Positions 19,630 to 24,000 of a stretch of DNA of 24,000 bases are shown in pieces. The translations under genes were made by a program, and so were the position numbers. This DNA is from Enterobacteriaceae bacterium G50. Its GTDB lineage: Bacteria > Pseudomonadota > Gammaproteobacteria > Enterobacterales > Enterobacteriaceae. How positions within the stretch are numbered: the first letter of the stretch is position 1; the number at the start of each line of letters is the position of its first letter. Where the stretch lies: assembly GCA_035726825.1 (NCBI GenBank), contig JALNTX010000007.1:142883-166882 (forward strand), in the 5' to 3' direction. The notes under the pieces were generated by a model, which saw only the letters and a program-made list of their open reading frames with translations, was not told where the DNA came from and searched no databases.

Positions 19630-21210
19630 CTATTTAATCGCCGCATATATTTCGCGCTGTACGTCCAGCCATTGCTTGTTGTGTGTCGTCGGCTCGGCCT
19701 TCACGCGTTGTCGAGCGTTATCCACTTCCCGTCGTTGACGTTCAACCACGGCGGGGCGGGTACAAAACGCCTGTAAAAGATCGCGCCCTGTCGTCGTCAG
19801 TGCTTCACCGCCCGCCAGCATGTGGCTCAGGGTCGTGATAAAGCGCCGACACGGTTTCGGTTCATCCATTTGCAGGCGATAGCGCAACAACATCGCAATC
19901 ACCTCGTCGTGATTCGCCGCCAGCGCCTGCTCCGTCCAGGCGAGCTGCCACTCCATTCCGCCGCGCATGAAAAGCTGCACCACCTCAACGTCGTTGCGGT
20001 CGATAGCCGAACGCAATCCATTGATATCCCAGTTAATACCGCGATTCGCCAGCTGCTCTCGCGGCGATTCTCGCGATGGCGCTTCTATTCCCGGCGCAGG
20101 CGTCGTCGATGCGCTGGCCGTTGGCGCGACGGTTGGCGTATCAAGCATCCAGAATCCGCCAACGACCATCGCCAGCACCATCAGCCCCACCGCGGCCCAC
20201 AGCCCGGAGGAGATTAACTTATCTCGCGCCTCCACCGTTCGGGCTGATTTTTTACGGACACGTTCAATCGACTCATGAATCGGCTGATCATCCGCACCGT
20301 GCAGTCGGGCAAAATCGCGTTGCTCATCCCAGAAATGCTGTACCGCATTTCCGTCCGCAGCCATCAGGCTGGCGGGATTCACCAATGTTCTGCCCTGTTC
20401 AAACGCCCGCTGGATCGGCGTGGCAATCTGCCGGGCGTAGATATCCAGCAGCAGAAAAGCGGTGGATGACACGGCGCGCTGACTAACCACCGCCTTGCGT
20501 ATCAGACGGATATCATCCAGGAACGCATGCAGCGTCAGACGCGGGTCCGCATGGAAAGTGAACTGGGTCGTGCTGTGGAAAAGCGACGCGTAATGACGCG
20601 AAAACGCTTTTTTATCCACCACCAGCAGCGCCAGCTCGCTGAACTGCATGCCACTGAGCACATCTCCCCCGGTGCTGCGCGAAAGCCAGCGCCGCACGCT
20701 GTCCGCGCCAAATTGCAGCTTGAGATAATTGTGCAACCGGGTGGTATCCGGCCAGGCCTGACGAATAAGGGACGCCAGCATCAGTTGGATCATGCGCAGC
20801 TGGCGCAGCGCGAGCGCTTCCAGTTGCTCGGCATCCGCATCAGAATCGCTCTCAAAGATCAGTAACGGCTGACGATGGCGAACCAGCTCCAGTGCGGCAA
20901 CCATCCGCGCCGCGGCGATCAGCTGATCCTCCGTGATGGGTTGCCCACGCTCATATTGCGGTACCAGCTTCTGTAAATGGCGCAGTTGCAGGGTAAATTC
21001 GCTCAGCTCAGCATCATTGATATTGAGCTTTTTCGCCACGCTCGCCCAACCGCCCAGATTAAGCCGGGCCTGATCCAGTTGCTCCAGAAACCAACGCGGA
21101 TCCTTCCCTTCGCCGACGCGCATGTCGAGCAGGTTAAGGATCTCTACAGACGCCTGGCGGATCACGCCGAGGCAATGTTCAAATAATTGATGCGATGGAG
21201 TAGGCATCAT
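19630..21210 (-). CDS. Uncharacterized single-pass inner-membrane protein: helical HEPN-like cytoplasmic N-domain, one TM helix, Pro/Thr/Ala/Ser linker, ankyrin-like periplasmic C-domain
   Basis: 526-aa ORF with SD AAGGA 5 nt upstream. The TM helix LISSGLWAAVGLMVLAMVVGGFWML covers residues ~332-356 (nt 20143-20217). It is preceded by RVRKKSARTVEARDK, so positive-inside predicts N-in. The linker is TPTVAPTASASTTPAPGIEAPS. The C-domain has repeats NGLRSAIDRNDVEVVQLFMRGG and TEQALAANHDEVIAMLLRY. Confidence 0.75.
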   Translation of the reverse strand: MMPTPSHQLFEHCLGVIRQASVEILNLLDMRVGEGKDPRWFLEQLDQARLNLGGWASVAKKLNINDAELSEFTLQLRHLQKLVPQYERGQPITEDQLIAAARMVAALELVRHRQPLLIFESDSDADAEQLEALALRQLRMIQLMLASLIRQAWPDTTRLHNYLKLQFGADSVRRWLSRSTGGDVLSGMQFSELALLVVDKKAFSRHYASLFHSTTQFTFHADPRLTLHAFLDDIRLIRKAVVSQRAVSSTAFLLLDIYARQIATPIQRAFEQGRTLVNPASLMAADGNAVQHFWDEQRDFARLHGADDQPIHESIERVRKKSARTVEARDKLISSGLWAAVGLMVLAMVVGGFWMLDTPTVAPTASASTTPAPGIEAPSRESPREQLANRGINWDINGLRSAIDRNDVEVVQLFMRGGMEWQLAWTEQALAANHDEVIAMLLRYRLQMDEPKPCRRFITTLSHMLAGGEALTTTGRDLLQAFCTRPAVVERQRREVDNARQRVKAEPTTHNKQWLDVQREIYAAIK

Positions 21211-21517
21211 CGACGTCCTTAACCCACAGTTAGGAAAGTAACCTGAAGATTAGTAAGGTTTATTTTTGTTTTTTTGCTGAAACAACTTATACGAACCCGC
21301 CAAAATTAAAAGACCAGGGCAACGCTAAAGAACCAAAATTCGATCGCTCTCACGACTTTGCAGGCAAACGATTGGCCTTTCTAACTATTGTTGCAGCAAA
21401 TTTCGCAAGACGCGGAATATTTTCTGGTGACAGACAAGGTTTACCCAGGCCATCTGGCGAATAGGCGCGGGCAAACACATCCTCTACACTCGCTAACCAC
21501 TTGAGTGAGGAAGAAAA

Positions 21518-21994
21518 ATGTCGAACATTCCCCTGCATATCAGCCCGGAAGGGTTAGGATTTATCAAACAGTGGCAGGGATTTTCTGCCGAACCGTATCA
21601 GGATGAATGTCATCTGTGGGTCGTGGGCTATGGTCATTTGATTCAGGGGAGCGAAGCGTACGATATGCCCGTCAGCGCGTCACAGGCTGACGCGTTATTG
21701 CAGCTGGATATTCAGGCCTGCCAGCGCGTGCTGGCGCAGGAAATAGCGGTGCCGCTGACTCAGCGCCAATATGATGCACTGATCTCACTGGCGTTGAGCC
21801 TGGGGCCTGAGATATTTGCTCGCTCGCCTGTATTGCATTACATCAATCATCAACAGTTTGCTCAGGCGCTTGCGGCATGGTTGGTGGAAACAGAGCTTAA
21901 TGGGGTGAGAAGCAACGGCCTGAACAAACAACGTCAGGCCGAATGTGCCTTATTCCGAACAGACCTGGGACGGGAGTTCATGCGCGCTGAATAA
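21518..21994 (+). CDS. GH24 (T4/P22-type phage lysozyme fold) protein with substituted catalytic residues; no signal peptide
   Basis: 158 aa with SD GAGGAAG. It aligns without gaps to remembered P22 gp19 and phage 21 R. ISPEGLGFIKQWQGFSAEPYQDECHLWVVGYGHL aligns with ISSNGITRLKREEGERLKAYSDSRGIPTIGVGHT. VPLTQRQYDALISLALSLG aligns with VPLNQNQYDALCSLIFNIG. The catalytic Glu position is Q20 (CAG, 21575-21577). Confidence 0.8.
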   Translation: MSNIPLHISPEGLGFIKQWQGFSAEPYQDECHLWVVGYGHLIQGSEAYDMPVSASQADALLQLDIQACQRVLAQEIAVPLTQRQYDALISLALSLGPEIFARSPVLHYINHQQFAQALAAWLVETELNGVRSNGLNKQRQAECALFRTDLGREFMRAE

Positions 21995-22576
21995 CATGGC
22001 CGCCTGAGTGCGATTTTTCACATCCAGACGTCGGTATAGCGATTCAAGATGTGCTTTCACCGTGCCCGCGCTGATATTCAACGTGCGGCTGATCTCTTTA
22101 TTTGATTCGCCGTTTGCCAGCAGTTCCAGTATTTCACGCTGGCGATGGCTAAGCTGTTCCAGCCCACGCTTTTCGCTTTCATAATTAAACGTCCAGCCGC
22201 CAGGAAGACACATTAAGCCGCACGCGGCGCCGTTAATGGCCTGCACAAACGTTTCAACGCTTTCATCACGCGGCACAATAGCTTGAACGTTCCATGCAAG
22301 CGACTCTTTCAGCCACGCTTGCTGACAATCACTCGCCACAATCACCGTATGCGATGACGGAAACTGCTGCGCTTTTTCCTGCAATAACCAACTGCAAAAC
22401 GATTTATCCATGTCGCCATCCAGAATAAGCAATGCCTCTGGAAATTCCAGCAACTGTCGCCACAGTTCATCAGCCTGACTGACGGCGTAAATATCTACTT
22501 CAGGAATATTTTCCTGCAAACTGATCTTCATTCCATGAATAAATATTGACTGCCTGTCAAACATGATTACCTGCAT
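21950..22576 (-). CDS. yhjB: LuxR/FixJ-type response-regulator-like transcription factor
   Basis: 208 aa. MQVIMFDRQSIFIHGMKISLQ... and the C-terminal HTH LSHRQREILELLANGESNKEISRTLNISAGTVKAHLESLYRRLDVKNRTQAA match remembered E. coli YhjB. Confidence 0.85.
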   Translation of the reverse strand: MQVIMFDRQSIFIHGMKISLQENIPEVDIYAVSQADELWRQLLEFPEALLILDGDMDKSFCSWLLQEKAQQFPSSHTVIVASDCQQAWLKESLAWNVQAIVPRDESVETFVQAINGAACGLMCLPGGWTFNYESEKRGLEQLSHRQREILELLANGESNKEISRTLNISAGTVKAHLESLYRRLDVKNRTQAAMLFSAHELPSQVCSE

Positions 22577-22903
22577 ACTGATTCCTCATCAGAAAAATGA
22601 ACCCTACACATTGAAGGGTGAAGGGTATTACTAGCGGAGGTAAATAAGAACTCGCTGTTTGGCCTGGGCTATTTTACTGAGGAAAATAAAAATAAAAACA
22701 TTTTTATTATGAATGATTGCGAAGTGTGGGGAAGCATTACTTATTCACATTATTTATTACATTCTATTTAAGGAAATCCTGAATATAACTCTCCATGGGA
22801 ATAAATATTAATTTCGAGAAGCATAGCGCGGTGGCGGAAATAAAGGAAAGGTGATGAGCAGGGGTGAGTGTTACAAGGTGTGAAATAGCACGAGTTGTTG
22901 TTT

Positions 22904-23011
22904 CCCCTCACCCTAACCCTCTCCCACAGGGAGAGGGGACTGATTGTGCATAGCTTAAAGAACTGCGCCGGTTTTCTCCCTCTCCCTGTGGGAGAGGGCC
23001 GGGGTGAGGGG
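22904..23011. repeat. Composite palindromic intergenic repeat, copy B (inverted relative to copy A)
   Basis: The reverse complement of 22969-23011 is identical over 43 nt to 11161-11203 (CCCCTCACCCCGGCCCTCTCCCACAGGGAGAGGGAGAAAACCG). The other arm shares a 34-nt identical run. It ends 3 nt from the SDR stop codon. Confidence 0.85.
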
Positions 23012-23014
23012 ACT

Positions 23015-23773
23015 CTACAAAAACATCCCTCCAGACACCTCCACCCGCTGCGCGTTCATCCAGCCGAGCTTATCGCTCAGCATTGCGGCAATCGCATCAC
23101 CGATGTCGTCCGGCATACCCACGCGCCCCAGTGCGGTTTGCGAGGCAATATGCTGATTGATTTGCGCATTATCACGCACGCTGCCGCCGCCGAAGTCGGT
23201 TTCTATCGCTCCCGGCGCAATCACATTGACCGAAATGCCGCGCTCGCCCAGCTCTTTCGCCTGATAGCGCGTGAGCACTTCCATTGCGCCCTTCATGGCG
23301 GCATAGGCAGCAAACCCCGGAAGCGCGAAACGCGCCAGCCCCGTAGAAACGTTCAGGATGCGTCCGCCGTTTTTAATCAACGGTAGCAGGCGTTGAGTCA
23401 GGAAAAATGGTCCCTTAAACTGAATGTTCAATAATTCATCAAACTGTGCTTCCGTGGTCTCAGCAAATGGGGCATTGATACCAATGCCCGCATTGTTCAC
23501 TAAATAATCAAACGAGTCGCGCTGCCACGTCTCTTTCAGCGCCTGTTTAACCTGCTGCGAAAAATCGCCAAATGTACTGATATCACTGACGTTAAGCTGT
23601 AATGCCACCGCTTTCACGCCCATTTGCTGAAGTTCTTCCACCACATCCTGCGCCGCCTGCTGCTGGCTATGCCAGGTAAAGAGAATATCTATTCCCTGAG
23701 CGGCCAGTTTCAATACGGCGTTTTTGCCCAGTCCACGGCTGCCGCCAGTCACTAATGCGATACGTTGCGTCAT
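23015..23773 (-). CDS. Classical short-chain dehydrogenase/reductase (SDR)
   Basis: The preferred start at 23773 (SD GAGG 6 nt upstream) gives MTQRIALVTGGSRGLGKNAV (TGxxxGxG). NNAG and the Ser...YAAMK catalytic motif are present. 252 aa. The track's 23812 start adds 13 unsupported residues. Confidence 0.85.
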   Translation of the reverse strand: MTQRIALVTGGSRGLGKNAVLKLAAQGIDILFTWHSQQQAAQDVVEELQQMGVKAVALQLNVSDISTFGDFSQQVKQALKETWQRDSFDYLVNNAGIGINAPFAETTEAQFDELLNIQFKGPFFLTQRLLPLIKNGGRILNVSTGLARFALPGFAAYAAMKGAMEVLTRYQAKELGERGISVNVIAPGAIETDFGGGSVRDNAQINQHIASQTALGRVGMPDDIGDAIAAMLSDKLGWMNAQRVEVSGGMFL

Positions 23774-23796
23774 GAGAAACCTCATTTCAATGGGTA

Positions 23797-23811
23797 TGTT
23801 CGTTGAGAACA
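23797..23811. promoter_or_regulatory. Candidate LysR-type operator in the SDR/yhjC divergent region
   Basis: Perfect TGTTC-gttga-GAACA inverted repeat between the divergent SDR and LysR-family genes. Pattern only. Confidence 0.3.
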
Positions 23812-23892
23812 AGCTTATTAGGTGCTAAAAGAACAATAAATATTGCGGATTACGCTTCACTGTCTCATTCAAAACAACAATAAGGGTTGGGG

Positions 23893-24000
23893 ATGGATAA
23901 AATTCACGCAATGCAACTGTTCATCCGCGTGGCGGAACTGGAGAGTTTCTCCCGCGCCGCCGACACCCTCGGCCTTCCTAAAGGTAGCGTATCGCGCCAG
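23893..24000 (+). CDS. yhjC: LysR-family transcriptional regulator; partial, N-terminal 36 aa, runs off the right edge
   Basis: The ATG at 23893 gives MDKIHAMQLFIRVAELESFSRAADTLGLPKGSVSRQ, a LysR HTH almost identical to remembered E. coli YhjC. It is absent from the track because it is edge-truncated. Confidence 0.8.
   Translation, partial: MDKIHAMQLFIRVAELESFSRAADTLGLPKGSVSRQ

Noticed and set aside
21350-21538. 62-aa minus ORF in the divergent intergenic region
   Set aside because: It has no SD, overlaps the lysozyme-like start on the opposite strand, and has no recognizable motifs.
19630-21994. Prophage remnant or lysis cassette interpretation of the lysozyme-like gene
   Set aside because: There is no holin, spanin, integrase, att-like repeat or other phage gene. 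The lysozyme-like protein lacks both the catalytic Glu and any export signal.
22577-22895. Small ORFs (18-20 aa) in the AT-rich yhjB upstream region
   Set aside because: They have no SD sequences. The AT-rich composition suggests a promoter or nucleoid-protein-bound region. Nothing supports coding.

Overview
Enterobacteriaceae chromosomal window. Gene names come from my recollection of E. coli K-12 proteins and gene order; no searches were run. The backbone is collinear with K-12: rbbA-yhiI, yhiN-pitA-uspB-uspA, rsmJ-prlC-rlmJ-gor, treF-yhjB-yhjC. Non-K-12 cargo sits at five junctions. (1) yhiI/yhiN: a low-GC cassette with an M-box (ykoK-type) Mg2+ riboswitch and a short MgtE-family transporter. 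(2) uspA/rsmJ, where K-12 has dtpB: a divergent Rrf2 regulator and NDH-2-like flavoprotein. (3) gor/treF, where K-12 has the ars operon and acid-fitness island: one membrane-anchored YjiK/'SdiA-regulated'-type gene. (4) treF/yhjB: a divergent pair made of a 526-aa single-pass membrane protein (HEPN-like N-domain, ankyrin-like periplasmic domain) and a cytoplasmic GH24 lysozyme-like protein with Gln at the catalytic Glu position. (5) yhjB/yhjC: an SDR oxidoreductase. The best candidate for an undescribed system is pair (4). The M-box/mgtE cassette and the RsrR-like Rrf2 module come next. Two copies of a ~110-bp composite palindromic repeat share a 43-nt identical arm, and each abuts the stop codon of an accessory oxidoreductase gene. 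REP/BIME elements fill several convergent gene ends. A near-consensus sigma32 promoter precedes prlC. I saw no tRNA, rRNA, CRISPR, transposase or integrase. The ORF track omits edge-truncated rbbA and yhjC and over-extends the N-termini of uspA, rsmJ, prlC, gor, treF, the YjiK-like gene and the SDR.
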